A stretch of DNA of 64,000 bases from an uncultured Solirubrobacteraceae bacterium (GCA_963746795.1 CAVVCR010000002.1:45712-109711), one strand, 5' to 3'; counted from the stretch's first letter, positions 42,798 to 55,483 are shown. Numbers and translations: made by a program. Notes: a model not told the origin generated them from the sequence alone.

Positions 42798-44288
42798 ATG
42801 TCGCCGGCAGTGCTGGGCTTTCGGGGCACGCACATCGTTCTCTTCTGCGTGGCGTGCGCCGCGCTGTTGAGCGCTGCCCGCCCCGCGGTGGCAGCCGCGC
42901 CGCCGGGCGAGGTCCGTCCGCCGAACATCGTCTACGTGCTCGCCGACGACCTGTCCTGGGACCTCGTGCAGCACATGCCGCAAGTGCGCAAGCTGCAGCG
43001 CCAGGGGATGACCTTCGACCAGTTCGTGGTGGCCGACTCGCTGTGCTGCAGCTCGCGGGCCACGATCCTCACCGGGCAGTTCCCGCACAACACGCGCGTG
43101 CTCACCAACTCGCCGCCAGAGGGTGGATACGGCGCGTTCCGCGACCACGGCGCACAGAAGCGGAGCATCGGCATCTCGCTGCAGAAGCTGGGCTACCGCA
43201 CCGCGCTGATGGGCAAGTACCTCAACCACTACGTCCCGGCGCGGCACGGCGTCGAGCCGGGGTGGGACGAGTGGCTGGTGACCAACCAGGGCTACAGCGG
43301 CTTCCGCTACACGATGTCCGACAACGGCAACCTCGTGCGCTTCGGCCGCAGGCCGGAGGCCTACCTGACCGACGTGCTCGCCCGCCGCGCGCTCGGCTTC
43401 ATCCACCCCGGCAAGCGGCCGTTCTTCATCAAGATCTCGAGCTTCGCCCCGCATCGCCCGGCGCGGGCCGCGCCGCGGCACCGGTGGATGTTCCGCGACC
43501 TCCCGCTGCCGATCCTCCCCAGCTACGACGCGCAGAACCTGAACCCCCCGACGTGGCTCGGCCAGCGGCCACCACTGACCCTCGAGTTCTACGAGCGGCT
43601 GCTGCGGCACAACCGGCGGCGCGCGCGGTCGGTGCAGGCGCTCGACGAGCTGATCGGCGCGGTGCGGAGGAAGCTCAAGCGCGAGAAGCTTGCCGACAAC
43701 ACGTACATCGTGATCGGCTCCGACAACGGCTACCACCTCGGCCAGCACCGTCTGACGTTCGGCAAGCGGACGGCGTTCGACCACGACGTGCGCGTGCCGC
43801 TCGTCGTCGCCGGGCCGGACGTGCCCAAGCGCGCGGTCTCCTCGCACCTCGCCGGGACCGTCGACCTGGCCCCGACGTTCGAGGAGTGGGCCGGGCGGCG
43901 ACGCCCCAACTGGCGCCGCAACGGCCGCTCCCTCGCCCCCCTGATCGCGGGCGAGCAGCCCCGGCGCTGGCGCCGGGCGCTGCTGATGGAGCACCTCCAC
44001 CCCCGCCTCGTCGCCGGCGATCCGGACATCCAGGGCTGGCCGATGGGGATGCCGAACTCCTACACCGCGCTGCGCACCCCGAACATCACGTACGTGGAGT
44101 ACGAGAACGGCGACCGCGAGTTCTACGACCGCCGCACCGACCCGGCCGAGCTCAACAACACCTACCCCGTCCTCACCGGCGAGGATCAGGCGAGACTGGC
44201 CGCGGCGCTCGAGCGCTACCGCCGCTGCCGCCGCGCCGCGAGCTGCTGGTCCGCAGGCCAGGCCCGCGGCATCCCGCCCGGCTTCTAG
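42798..44288 (+). CDS. sulfatase family protein (secreted)
   Basis: A GGAGGA RBS lies 8 nt upstream of ATG 42798. It has a signal peptide, PNIVYVLADDLSWD, CCSSRATILTGQFPHN (formylglycine-site region) and GSDNGYHLGQH. Confidence 0.8.
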   Translation: MSPAVLGFRGTHIVLFCVACAALLSAARPAVAAAPPGEVRPPNIVYVLADDLSWDLVQHMPQVRKLQRQGMTFDQFVVADSLCCSSRATILTGQFPHNTRVLTNSPPEGGYGAFRDHGAQKRSIGISLQKLGYRTALMGKYLNHYVPARHGVEPGWDEWLVTNQGYSGFRYTMSDNGNLVRFGRRPEAYLTDVLARRALGFIHPGKRPFFIKISSFAPHRPARAAPRHRWMFRDLPLPILPSYDAQNLNPPTWLGQRPPLTLEFYERLLRHNRRRARSVQALDELIGAVRRKLKREKLADNTYIVIGSDNGYHLGQHRLTFGKRTAFDHDVRVPLVVAGPDVPKRAVSSHLAGTVDLAPTFEEWAGRRRPNWRRNGRSLAPLIAGEQPRRWRRALLMEHLHPRLVAGDPDIQGWPMGMPNSYTALRTPNITYVEYENGDREFYDRRTDPAELNNTYPVLTGEDQARLAAALERYRRCRRAASCWSAGQARGIPPGF

Positions 44289-44422
44289 CTTCCATCGTCC
44301 GAACCTCGACGGAAGACCAGCACGGGGCTGCGAGCTGCGGTTCGGCCTGCCCGTAATTCACCGAGGATTGGATCATCGGCCGGGGCGGGGCGTAAGCACC
44401 AACCCGGGAAAGGACGCCTGGG

Positions 44423-45049
44423 TTGGATTCCGAGAAGACGCGCGGCGCGGTGCGCGCACTGCATGCGGTCGCGGCGGCATCCGTCGCGATCGCGCTGGCG
44501 AGCGCCGGATGCGGTGGCGGCGACAGCTCGGCCTCGCAGGCCGGCAGCAGCTCGGGTACGGCGGCCACGCCTGCGGCGGAGCCGACACCCGATACGCCCA
44601 CCAAGGCCGCCTACGTCAAGCAGGTCACCGCGATCTGCTCCGGCGAGGGCAAGGCGAAGGCCCGGAAGGCCGGTCGCGCGATCGACAGCGCGATAGCCGA
44701 GGCGGGGAGGGATCTCAACGCGGCGATCGCCTCAGGCGCCGACGCCGAGGCGATCCTCGATCGCGTCGGCCGGCTGCACGTCCGACTCGCCGACAACCTC
44801 GACGCGGCCATGCGGCGCATCAAGGCGGTGACCGCGCCGGCCGACGGCGGGGCGACCGCCTACCTCAGCGACTTCGCTCGCACCACCGAGCTGACCCGCG
44901 AGTTCGCCGCCGACGTGCAGAAGATGGATGGCCCGTCGAGCGCATGGCTACCGAAGCTCAACCGAAGTGCGACCGCGATCTCCCGCGCGGCGGCCCGCGA
45001 GAGTAGAGCCGCGCGGTCCTACGGGATCAAGGAGTGTGCCCGTCTCTGA
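44423..45049 (+). CDS. lipoprotein, helical, function unknown
   Basis: 208 aa with a TTG start in the track. The lipobox is LASAGC. The mature part is Ala-rich and helical. Confidence 0.55.
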   Translation: MDSEKTRGAVRALHAVAAASVAIALASAGCGGGDSSASQAGSSSGTAATPAAEPTPDTPTKAAYVKQVTAICSGEGKAKARKAGRAIDSAIAEAGRDLNAAIASGADAEAILDRVGRLHVRLADNLDAAMRRIKAVTAPADGGATAYLSDFARTTELTREFAADVQKMDGPSSAWLPKLNRSATAISRAAARESRAARSYGIKECARL

Positions 45050-45064
45050 GTCGTCATCTCACAC

Positions 45065-45388
45065 TCACGAACCGAGGACCGGACGCAGCCGATGTCCGCC
45101 CGACGGTGCAGGCGGTCGATGACCTAACCCGAACCGATCCAGGCATGACGTGCAGCATTCGCGCACGACCTCGTGGGCGCCCGCAACCTCATGGACGCGA
45201 CGCCGGCGCGCTCCGACTGTCCATAAGCCGCACGTTCGCAGCCAGTGCCGCACGACGGTGGGACGTCGTGCGACCTCCGCGGCGATCTCGCGAACCGAGC
45301 GGCCACTCTCCACGAGCGGCTCGAGTTGCTCGCGCGTGAGCCCGCGCGCGGTGCGTGGCGAGACGGCCTGGGACGACGCCAAGACCAT
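45065..45388 (-). CDS. small HTH-containing hypothetical protein (possible gene remnant)
   Basis: 107 aa. LTREQLEPLVESGRSVREIAAEVARRPTVVRHWL looks like a helix-turn-helix. It lies next to tRNA-Asn. The C-terminal half has low complexity. Confidence 0.35.
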   Translation of the reverse strand: MVLASSQAVSPRTARGLTREQLEPLVESGRSVREIAAEVARRPTVVRHWLRTCGLWTVGARRRRVHEVAGAHEVVRECCTSCLDRFGLGHRPPAPSGGHRLRPVLGS

Positions 45389-45527
45389 GCGTGCTCACCC
45401 AGTACGCCGATGGTCGCCGGGGGCTTCGCCGAGGAAGTTCCAGTGGCACCGCCGCGGCAAGTCAGATTGGAAGTCGACGCACGTCTTCACGTGGAACGAG
45501 ACGTTCTGCGCGACTTGACCCTCTGTA

Positions 45528-45600
<73 letters not shown>

Positions 45601-45658
45601 CCGAGTTGCCCTGACCCGTTGATCGGCCAGGGCTGGCCGGAGTGTAGCGGCAGCTTTG

Positions 45659-47431
45659 TCAGCTCAGGCGGTGGCGGATCTTGTCGAGCACCTGCTGGCG
45701 CTCGGTGGCGAGCGGGATGGTCTCGTGGCCGTCGCTGCGGGCCGTGGCGATGCGGCGGTCGAGGTTGTGGAGGTCGAGCTGGAGGGCCTCGAGCTCGAGC
45801 TTTGCCGGGGTAGCGTCGAGCTGGCCCGCGCGGATGACGAGCTCGGCGACGAGGCGGGCGAGCGGCTCGTCGCCGGCCGGTAGCTCGCCGGCCGGGGAGC
45901 GCAGGCGCCCGCGGAGGTACTCGGCCGCGCGACGGGTCGCCGGCGCGGAGAAGAGCTCGTCGAGGTCTGCGGCCGCGAGCCGCGCCTCCCCCTCCTCCGG
46001 CAGCGCCAGGCACAGCGCCAGGAACGCTCGCTCGGACTGCTCGCGACGGTCGAGCGCGGCGCGTGCACCGTTCGTCGGCGTCGGCGACGAGGCACCTGGA
46101 GAGGGTCGGGAGCGGCCGCTGAGGGCCGACGCCACGAGGCTGTCGCTGAGGCCGAGGCGGCCCGCGACGAGCTGGACGAGCTCGTCGCGCAGCACGCTCG
46201 CCGGCAGCGGGCGGATGGCGGTGGCGGCCTCCTCGAGCGCGCGGTCGCGGCCCTCGGCGGTCCGTGTCTCCCCGCGCTCGAGCGCCCGCTCGACCGTGAA
46301 GCGGGCCAGCGGGACCGCCCGCGCGAGCAGCTCCCGGAGCGCGTCGCCGCCGTCGCGCCGGACGACGTCGGCCGGGTCCGAGCCGCCAGGCAGCCGCACG
46401 ATCCTGAACTCGACGCCGCGCCCGGCCCGCGAGCGGTTCACGTCCCGCAGAGCGGCCACGCTGCGCGACACCGCCTCCTGCCCCGCGGCGTCCGGGTCCT
46501 GGCAGAAGAGGGCCGTCGGCGCCAGGCGCGCCAGGGCCGCGACCTGCCGCTCGGTCAGCGCGGTGCCCATCGAGCCGACCACCTCGGCCACGCCCGCCTG
46601 CCGCAGCGCGACCGCGTCCGTGTACCCCTCGACGAGCACCACCCGTCCCGCCCGAGCCGCCGCCGCGCGCGCGAGATCGGCGCCGTAGAGCAGCTCGCCC
46701 TTGTGGAAGACGTCGTTGTCGGAGGAGTTCAGGTACTTGGGCTGATCGTCGGCCCGCAGCGCCCGCGCGCCGAAGCCCAGCACCCGGCCGCGCTCGTCGC
46801 ACAGCGGGAACATGATCCGGCCGCGGAAGCGGTCGATGACGCCGCGGCCGTCCCGCCGCCGGGACGCCAGGCCGCAGGCGAGCAGCTCCTCGGCGCGGTA
46901 GCCCGCCCGCTCCGACGCCCCCACCACGCGGTCGAACGCCCCCGGAGAGAAGCCCACCCGGAACTCGCGCAGCGCCCCCTCCTCGAGCCCGCGACCGGCC
47001 AGGTACTCACGCGCGGGCGCCGCCTCCGGGCTCTCCCACAGCAGGCGCACGTAGTACGCCGCCGTGCGCTCGAGGAGCGCCAGCAGCCGGTCGCTGCGCT
47101 CGCGGCGCGCCGCCGCGGCGGGATCCTCGGCCTCGCGCTCGAGCTCGACCCCGTAGCGGTCGGCGAGCGCCTCCAGCGCGCCCGCGAAGTCGAGCCCCTC
47201 GGTCCCCATGACGAAGGAGAAGACGTCGCCTCCCACCCCGCAGCCGAAGCAGTGGTAGAGCTTCTCCACGGGGTCGATGCCGAACGAGGGCGTGCGCTCG
47301 TCGTGGAACGGGCACAGCCCCTGCAGGCGGCGCGCGCCGGCCCGCTTGAGCTCGGTCCGCGCGCCGACGAGCTCCTCGAAATCGACCGCGTCGCGCACGC
47401 GCTCGCGGGAGTCCTGCGTGTAGCGCGCCAT
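45659..47431 (-). CDS. dnaG: DNA primase
   Basis: 590 aa. It has a CHC2 zinc finger (CPFHDERTPSF...YHCFGCGVGGD) and a TOPRIM domain (VLVEGYTDAVAL). Confidence 0.95.
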   Translation of the reverse strand: MARYTQDSRERVRDAVDFEELVGARTELKRAGARRLQGLCPFHDERTPSFGIDPVEKLYHCFGCGVGGDVFSFVMGTEGLDFAGALEALADRYGVELEREAEDPAAAARRERSDRLLALLERTAAYYVRLLWESPEAAPAREYLAGRGLEEGALREFRVGFSPGAFDRVVGASERAGYRAEELLACGLASRRRDGRGVIDRFRGRIMFPLCDERGRVLGFGARALRADDQPKYLNSSDNDVFHKGELLYGADLARAAAARAGRVVLVEGYTDAVALRQAGVAEVVGSMGTALTERQVAALARLAPTALFCQDPDAAGQEAVSRSVAALRDVNRSRAGRGVEFRIVRLPGGSDPADVVRRDGGDALRELLARAVPLARFTVERALERGETRTAEGRDRALEEAATAIRPLPASVLRDELVQLVAGRLGLSDSLVASALSGRSRPSPGASSPTPTNGARAALDRREQSERAFLALCLALPEEGEARLAAADLDELFSAPATRRAAEYLRGRLRSPAGELPAGDEPLARLVAELVIRAGQLDATPAKLELEALQLDLHNLDRRIATARSDGHETIPLATERQQVLDKIRHRLS

Positions 47432-48426
47432 CAGACGGCCAGGCCCTGCGGCACGAAGCGCTCGGACCAGGCGCGGATCGCGTAGCGGTCGGTCATCCCG
47501 GCGAGGTAGTCGATCACGCGGTCGGCCTCGCTCGCTCCGGTATCGGGCAGGGCCTCCGGGTGGGAGCAGTACCAGTCGAAGAGCCCGCGCAGGACGCGCT
47601 CGATCTTCGCGTGCTCGGCGCGCGCGGTCGGCGCCAGGTAGACGTGCTCGAACATGAACGTGCGCAGGCGCAGCATCGCGCCCCCGACCTCGGCGCCCTG
47701 CGCGATGTCACCCGCCCGCTCGGAGTGCTCGACGAGGTCGTGCACGAGCCGGTCGATCCGCGCCGAGCCCGTGTCCCCGAGCACGGCGATCTCCTCGGCC
47801 GGGAGCTGCTCGAGCGAGAGCACGCCGGCGCGCAGCGCGTCGTCGATGTCGTGGTTGATGTACGCGATCCGGTCCACCAGCCGCACGATCTTGCCCTCGA
47901 GCGTGGCCGGCTCCCCGGCCCCGCTCGAGTGGCGCAGGATCCCGTCGCGCACCACGGCGCTCAGGTTGAGCGGCTCCAGGTGCTCGACGACCCGCAGGGA
48001 GTGCTCGTTGTGGCGGAAGCCGCGGCCGAAGCGCTCGCGCCCGCAGGCGTCGAGCACCGCCTCGCCGATGTGCCCGAACGGCGGGTGGCCGACGTCGTGC
48101 CCCAGCCCGATCGCCTCCGTGAGGTCCTCGTTGAGCCGCAGCGCGCGGGCCACTGTGCGGGAGATCTGCGTCGCCTCGAGCGTGTGCGTGAGCCGGGTGC
48201 GGTAGTGGTCGCCCTCCGGGGCCACGAAGACCTGGGTCTTGTGCTTGAGCCGCCGGAAGGCCTTCGAGTGCACGATCCGGTCGCGGTCGCGTTGGAACGG
48301 CGTCCGCAGCCCGCAGTCCGCCTCCTCGCGCTCCCGCTCGGCCGGATACGAGCGCGCGGCCAGCGGGGAGAGGTGCGCCTCCTCCCAGGCCTGCATGCGA
48401 GCGGCGTAGTCATCGGCGACGAGCAC
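47431..48426 (-). CDS. dgt: dGTPase-like deoxynucleoside triphosphate triphosphohydrolase (HD domain)
   Basis: It has FQRDRDRIVHSKAFRRLKHKTQVF, RLTHTLE and GHDVGHPPFGH. The start was set at GTG 48426; an ATG at 48396 is possible. It sits immediately upstream of dnaG with a 1-nt overlap. Confidence 0.9.
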   Translation of the reverse strand: MLVADDYAARMQAWEEAHLSPLAARSYPAEREREEADCGLRTPFQRDRDRIVHSKAFRRLKHKTQVFVAPEGDHYRTRLTHTLEATQISRTVARALRLNEDLTEAIGLGHDVGHPPFGHIGEAVLDACGRERFGRGFRHNEHSLRVVEHLEPLNLSAVVRDGILRHSSGAGEPATLEGKIVRLVDRIAYINHDIDDALRAGVLSLEQLPAEEIAVLGDTGSARIDRLVHDLVEHSERAGDIAQGAEVGGAMLRLRTFMFEHVYLAPTARAEHAKIERVLRGLFDWYCSHPEALPDTGASEADRVIDYLAGMTDRYAIRAWSERFVPQGLAV

Positions 48427-48467
48427 ATGCCCATTGTGACCGCCTCCTCGGCGCGCACCGCCCACTG

Positions 48468-51074
<2,607 letters not shown>

Positions 51075-51086
51075 GAAAGCGCGATC

Positions 51087-51809
51087 CTATCCCCGGCCGA
51101 CGGGGCGAAGGCGCAGGTGCGCGTGGTGCTCGAGCGTCTCCAGGATCGCGCGCTCGGCCTGGGCGAGCGCGCGCGGCGAGGCGTCCGGCGCCGCGGCCAG
51201 CGACTGCCCGACGGCGGCGACGAGGAAGTCATGCGCCTCCTGGTCGAGCGGGAAGGCGCTCGCCTCGCACGCGCCGCAGACCACGCCACCCGCCGCGCCC
51301 GAGAAGCCGGCGAGGTGCTCCCGCTCGCCGCACGACGCGCAGGCGCCCAGCTGGGGCGCGAAGCCGGCCGCCAGCAGGAGCTTGAGTCGGAAGGCGAGCG
51401 CGTTGGGCCGCCCGGCACGAGCCGGCTCGCGGTCGAGCAGCGCGAGCTCGTTGGCGAGCAGGTGGTAGACGCCCCGATGCGGGTCGCCGTCGTCGAACAC
51501 GCGCGCGACGGCCTCGCACGCGCGGGCCGCGCCGTCGAGCGCCGCGGCGTCCTCCCGCAGCCGCGGATGGGCGGCGACCGTCTCCGCACTGGTGACCGTG
51601 AGCAGGTCGCTGCGGCCTTCGTAGAGCACGAGGTTCAGCCGGAAGAACGGCTCGAGCCGGCCCCCGAAGCGCGAACGCGCCCGCCTCACACCCTTGGCGA
51701 TCGCGCTCACCCTGCCGCGATCCGGGGTATAGAGGTGCAGGATGCGGTCGGCCTCTCCGTAGCGGAGGCTGCGGAGGACGATGCCCTCGGTCTTCAGACT
51801 GGAGCCCAC
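51087..51809 (-). CDS. recO: DNA repair protein RecO
   Basis: 240 aa. It has an N-terminal OB fold (TEGIVLRSLRYGEADRILHLYT) and a Cys cluster (CASCGE...CGAC). Confidence 0.9.
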   Translation of the reverse strand: MGSSLKTEGIVLRSLRYGEADRILHLYTPDRGRVSAIAKGVRRARSRFGGRLEPFFRLNLVLYEGRSDLLTVTSAETVAAHPRLREDAAALDGAARACEAVARVFDDGDPHRGVYHLLANELALLDREPARAGRPNALAFRLKLLLAAGFAPQLGACASCGEREHLAGFSGAAGGVVCGACEASAFPLDQEAHDFLVAAVGQSLAAAPDASPRALAQAERAILETLEHHAHLRLRPVGRG

Positions 51810-51827
51810 GCTATTTTTACTGAAGTA

Positions 51828-52088
51828 ATGAACCGGGTCACGATCTACACGACTGAGCCGTGCGGCTTCTGCCGCGTCGCCAAGTCACTCCTCGACAAGC
51901 GCAACATCGCCTACCACGAGATCAACCTCGCCAAGGACGCACTGGGTCGCACCGAGCTGGTACGGATGACCGGCATGATGACGTTCCCCCAGGTCGTCAT
52001 CGACGACCAGGTGCTCGGCGGGTACCAGGAGCTCGCTCAGGCGGACAAGGCCGGCCGCCTCGCCGACCTCGCCGAAGCTGCGGCATAG
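51828..52088 (+). CDS. glutaredoxin
   Basis: 86 aa. It has VTIYTTEPCGFCRVAK (CxxC) and TFPQVVIDDQVLGGY. Confidence 0.9.
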   Translation: MNRVTIYTTEPCGFCRVAKSLLDKRNIAYHEINLAKDALGRTELVRMTGMMTFPQVVIDDQVLGGYQELAQADKAGRLADLAEAAA

Positions 52089-52152
52089 CGCATCCGCCGC
52101 AGCGCATGGCCTCGAGCGCCGCTGGCGCTAAGCCGTGCCGCGTAGCCTGGAT

Positions 52153-52983
52153 TCAGGCTCTGCGCGGGCGCGGCTGGCAGCCCTCGCAGACGTACGTGCC
52201 GCGACCCGCGGCGCGCAGCTTGCGAACGATCCGGCCGCAGCGCGGGCAGGGCTCGCCCTCGCGGCGATGGACGAGGAACCGGTCCTGGAACGTGCCGCTC
52301 ACGCCGTCGGGGTCGCGGAAGTCGTCGATCGTCGCTCCCTTGGCGGCGATGCCGGCGTCAAGTGACGCGAGGATGGCGTCGCGGAGGGCCTGCGCCTGGG
52401 GCGTCGTCAGGCGGTTGGCGGGTCTGAGGGGATGCACGCGGGCGCGGAACAGCGCCTCGTCCGCGTAGATGTTGCCGACGCCCGCGATCCGCTTCTGGTC
52501 GAGCAGGAACGCCTTGATCGGCGCCCGCGAGCGCTTCGCGAGCGCGTGGAGGTGTGCGGCAGTGAACTCCGGGCCGTGGGGCTCGACCCCGAGGCGGGCG
52601 GCGAAGAACGCGTCGCGCTGCTCGGCGCCGAGCGCGAGCTCGCCGGTGCCGAAGCGGCGCGGATCGGTGAACGCGAGGTCGCATCCGTCGAGCCGGAGCC
52701 ACACGCGCGTGTGGGGCGGCGCCCCGGGCGGGTCGAGCAGCAGCGTGCCGGTCATGCGTAGGTGCACGAGCAGGAAGACTTCGTCCTCGAGCTCCCAGAC
52801 GAGGTACTTGCCGCGCCGCGCGAGCCCGGTGACGGTGCGGCCTTCGACGGCGGCGGCCAGCTCCAGCGGCGCCAGCGGCCGCGACCAGCGCTCGTCGAGC
52901 ACCTCGAGACGGCGCAGCGTGCGGCCCTCCACGTGCGGCGCGAGGTGGCGGCGGATCGTCTCGACCTCGGGCATCTCGGGCAC
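52153..52983 (-). CDS. mutM: formamidopyrimidine-DNA glycosylase
   Basis: 276 aa. It has the MPEMPEVET N-terminus (catalytic Pro2), H2TH, and a C-terminal zinc finger (CPRCG...CEGCQ). Confidence 0.95.
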   Translation of the reverse strand: MPEMPEVETIRRHLAPHVEGRTLRRLEVLDERWSRPLAPLELAAAVEGRTVTGLARRGKYLVWELEDEVFLLVHLRMTGTLLLDPPGAPPHTRVWLRLDGCDLAFTDPRRFGTGELALGAEQRDAFFAARLGVEPHGPEFTAAHLHALAKRSRAPIKAFLLDQKRIAGVGNIYADEALFRARVHPLRPANRLTTPQAQALRDAILASLDAGIAAKGATIDDFRDPDGVSGTFQDRFLVHRREGEPCPRCGRIVRKLRAAGRGTYVCEGCQPRPRRA

Positions 52984-53016
52984 GCCGTCCCAGGTTACGA
53001 CCGGCCCTGACCCGGG

Positions 53017-54213
53017 TCAGGGCAGGACGTCGTCCAGCGAGATCCCGAGCACGCGGCGGACGGCCCGGTTCGCGAGCCGCGGGCCCGAGCGGCCACGCAG
53101 CGACGGCTCGTTGAAGACGTCGTAGAGCCGCAGCAGCCGCCGGCGACCGAAGCGCTCCGCGAGCGCGAATGCGGCGGCCGAGCTGGCGGCGTAGGCGTCG
53201 GACTGGGCCGTCCCCGCCAGCCGCGCGATCGCCTCGGACCTCGACAGTGACGCAAGGTCTGCGCCGGGCGGCGCGACGCGGCGGTCGCCGGAGACGTAGA
53301 GCGCGACGCCCTCGCTCAGCCAGGCCGGGACGCGCCCCGAGCTCGAGCCGGCCAGCGCGGCGTGGGTCAGCTCGTGGGTCATGGTCGTCGCTCGCTCTGC
53401 CGGCGACAGCGTGGCGAACGTCTGCCACACGACGAGCAGCCGCAGCCCCACGACGTCCTCGACCTGGGCGGCAGGACCGCTCAAGATGACCGTCGCGTCG
53501 GAGATGGCGGCGAGCGTCTCGACCCCCTGAATCTCGGTCGTGAGCGCGCGCGTCTGGGCGGCGTCGGCCGTGACGATCACGAGGTAGCGGCGCTCGAGCC
53601 GGCTGCGGGGGAGCAGGTCGCGCATCGCGGCGTAGCCGTCCTCGAGCGCGGACGGCAGGTCGCTGATGTCGAGGCCTTGGGGCGCGAGCACGACGAAGTG
53701 GCGCGTTCGGTGCGCGACGAATTCGCCGGCCTCCCAGGGCGGCGCGCCACGCCGGGCCTGCACCCGGGTGACGCGCCAGCCTCCACGGTGGCGGAGGGTG
53801 ATCCGTCGCTTGACGCGGAACTCGCCCCGGACGCCGGCGAGCGAGTAGAGGGTCGTCACGCGAGCCGTCGCCCGCCTGCCCCGGACCTCGATGTCGCGGG
53901 CGGTGAGGAAGACGTCGCGCAGCCGGAGGCGCCGGGCGCGCCGGGCGTGCACGCGGTCGGAGCGCCGCAGGGCGCCGGCCGCGGTCGCGGCGTAGGCCTG
54001 CGGCCTGCCCGCCTCGAGCGCAGCGGCACGAGCGTCGAGCACGGCCGCGATCTGCTCCTCCGCGGTCGGCTCGGCACGCTCGACGGGCGACCCGGGGGTC
54101 GCGGTCGGCCGCAGCGCTGGCTCACCGCCGCCGCAGGCCCCGACGACGACGAGCAGCGCCGGAAGGGCGCGAACGGCTCGTCGCCGAGGGCCGCCGGCGC
54201 GCGGGATCCTCAC
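53017..54213 (-). CDS. lipoprotein with a peptidase-MA-like HExxH domain
   Basis: 398 aa. The lipobox is VVVGACGG. THELTHAAL ... PAWLSEGVALYVSGD resembles the peptidase_MA_2 pattern. Confidence 0.55.
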   Translation of the reverse strand: MRIPRAGGPRRRAVRALPALLVVVGACGGGEPALRPTATPGSPVERAEPTAEEQIAAVLDARAAALEAGRPQAYAATAAGALRRSDRVHARRARRLRLRDVFLTARDIEVRGRRATARVTTLYSLAGVRGEFRVKRRITLRHRGGWRVTRVQARRGAPPWEAGEFVAHRTRHFVVLAPQGLDISDLPSALEDGYAAMRDLLPRSRLERRYLVIVTADAAQTRALTTEIQGVETLAAISDATVILSGPAAQVEDVVGLRLLVVWQTFATLSPAERATTMTHELTHAALAGSSSGRVPAWLSEGVALYVSGDRRVAPPGADLASLSRSEAIARLAGTAQSDAYAASSAAAFALAERFGRRRLLRLYDVFNEPSLRGRSGPRLANRAVRRVLGISLDDVLP

Positions 54214-55370
54214 GGGACGAAGGGCTCGCCCGGGAGCGCGGGGGCTTCGCGGCGGGTGAGCCAGCGGAGCACGGAGGCGCCGACGTCGGCGAACGGGCCG
54301 TCGTTGCGGCGCGAGCCGTGGCCCGCGAAGGTCGCGAGCAGCGGGACGTGCTCGCGCGTGTGGTCGGTGCCGGGGTGGGTCGGGTCGCAGCCGTGGTCGG
54401 CGGTCAGGACGAGGAGGTCGCGCTCCGGGTCGAGCCGCTCGAGCCAGTCCGCGACGGCGGCGTCGATCTCGCGGAGCGCCCCGTGGAAGCCTGGGACGTC
54501 GTTGCGGTGCCCGTAGACCTGGTCGGTCTCGACGAGGTTGGCGAACACGAGGCCGGCCTCCAGCTCGTCGATCAGCCGCCTGGTCTCGGCGATCCCCGCT
54601 GCGTTCGTGGCCGCCTTGTGCTGCTCGTCGACGCCTACGCCGTTGAACACCTGGCCGATCTTGCCCACCGTGTGGACGGGCACACCGGCGTCTCCGAGCT
54701 CTTGCAGGTAGGAGCGGCCCGGCGGGTCGAGCGCGATGTCGCGCCGGCCCTCGGTGCGCCTGAACGCGCCCGGCTCGCCGTCGAACGGCCGCGCGATGAC
54801 CCGGCCGACGGCATGCTCGCCGGTCATGATCCTCCGCGCTGCGGCGCAGGCCTCGTACAGCTCGGGGAGCGGGACGACGCGCTCGTGGGCTGCGATCTGC
54901 AGGACCGAGTCGGCCGAGGTGTACACGATCAGGTCGCCTGACTCGAGGTGGCGCTCGCCGAAGTCCTGGATCACCTGGGTGCCGGAGTACGGCCGGTTGC
55001 AGAGCGCGCCGCGGCCGGTTGCCTCGCGCAACGCGTCGAGCACCTCGTCGGGGAAGCCGTCGGGGTAGGTGCGCAGCGCGACGGGCGTGATGACGCCCAT
55101 CAGCTCCCAGTGCCCGGTGATCGTGTCCTTGCCGGGTCCGAGCGGGTGCAGGCGGCCGTGGACGACGGGCTCCGCGACCGGCTCGACGCCCACCAGCGGC
55201 ATGATGTTGCCCAGGCCGAGCGCGGCCATGGCCGGCAGCTCGAGGCCGCCGGCCGCCTCCGCGACGTGGCCGAGCGTATTGGCGCCGGCGTCTCCGTAGT
55301 CGCCGCTATCGGGCAGCTCTCCGGCGCCGCAGGCGTCGATGACCACGACGAAGGCGCGCACCAGGCGCAC
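54210..55370 (-). CDS. deoB: phosphopentomutase
   Basis: 386 aa from GTG 55370. It has VVIDACGAGELPD, GKDTITGHWE, ETDQVYGHRND and TADHGCDP. The further N-terminal extension in the track ORF is made of 23-bp tandem repeats and was rejected. Confidence 0.9.
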   Translation of the reverse strand: MRLVRAFVVVIDACGAGELPDSGDYGDAGANTLGHVAEAAGGLELPAMAALGLGNIMPLVGVEPVAEPVVHGRLHPLGPGKDTITGHWELMGVITPVALRTYPDGFPDEVLDALREATGRGALCNRPYSGTQVIQDFGERHLESGDLIVYTSADSVLQIAAHERVVPLPELYEACAAARRIMTGEHAVGRVIARPFDGEPGAFRRTEGRRDIALDPPGRSYLQELGDAGVPVHTVGKIGQVFNGVGVDEQHKAATNAAGIAETRRLIDELEAGLVFANLVETDQVYGHRNDVPGFHGALREIDAAVADWLERLDPERDLLVLTADHGCDPTHPGTDHTREHVPLLATFAGHGSRRNDGPFADVGASVLRWLTRREAPALPGEPFVP

Positions 55371-55382
55371 GATAGCCGCCCC

Positions 55383-55483
55383 GTCGCCGCCAATGGCGAA
55401 GCCGGGTCGCCGCCAATGGCGAAACCGGGTCGCCGCCAATGGCGAAGCCGGGTCGCCGCCAATGGCGAAACCGGGCCGCCGAT
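55383..55483. repeat. tandem array, 23-bp unit GTCGCCGCCAATGGCGAA(G/A)CCGG, about 4.5 copies
   Basis: Four units lie head-to-tail at 55383, 55406, 55429 and 55452, and a partial fifth merges into the element terminus. Each unit contains the palindrome CGCCA-A-TGGCG. The unit length is not a multiple of 3. The array lies 13 nt upstream of the deoB start. Confidence 0.85.
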
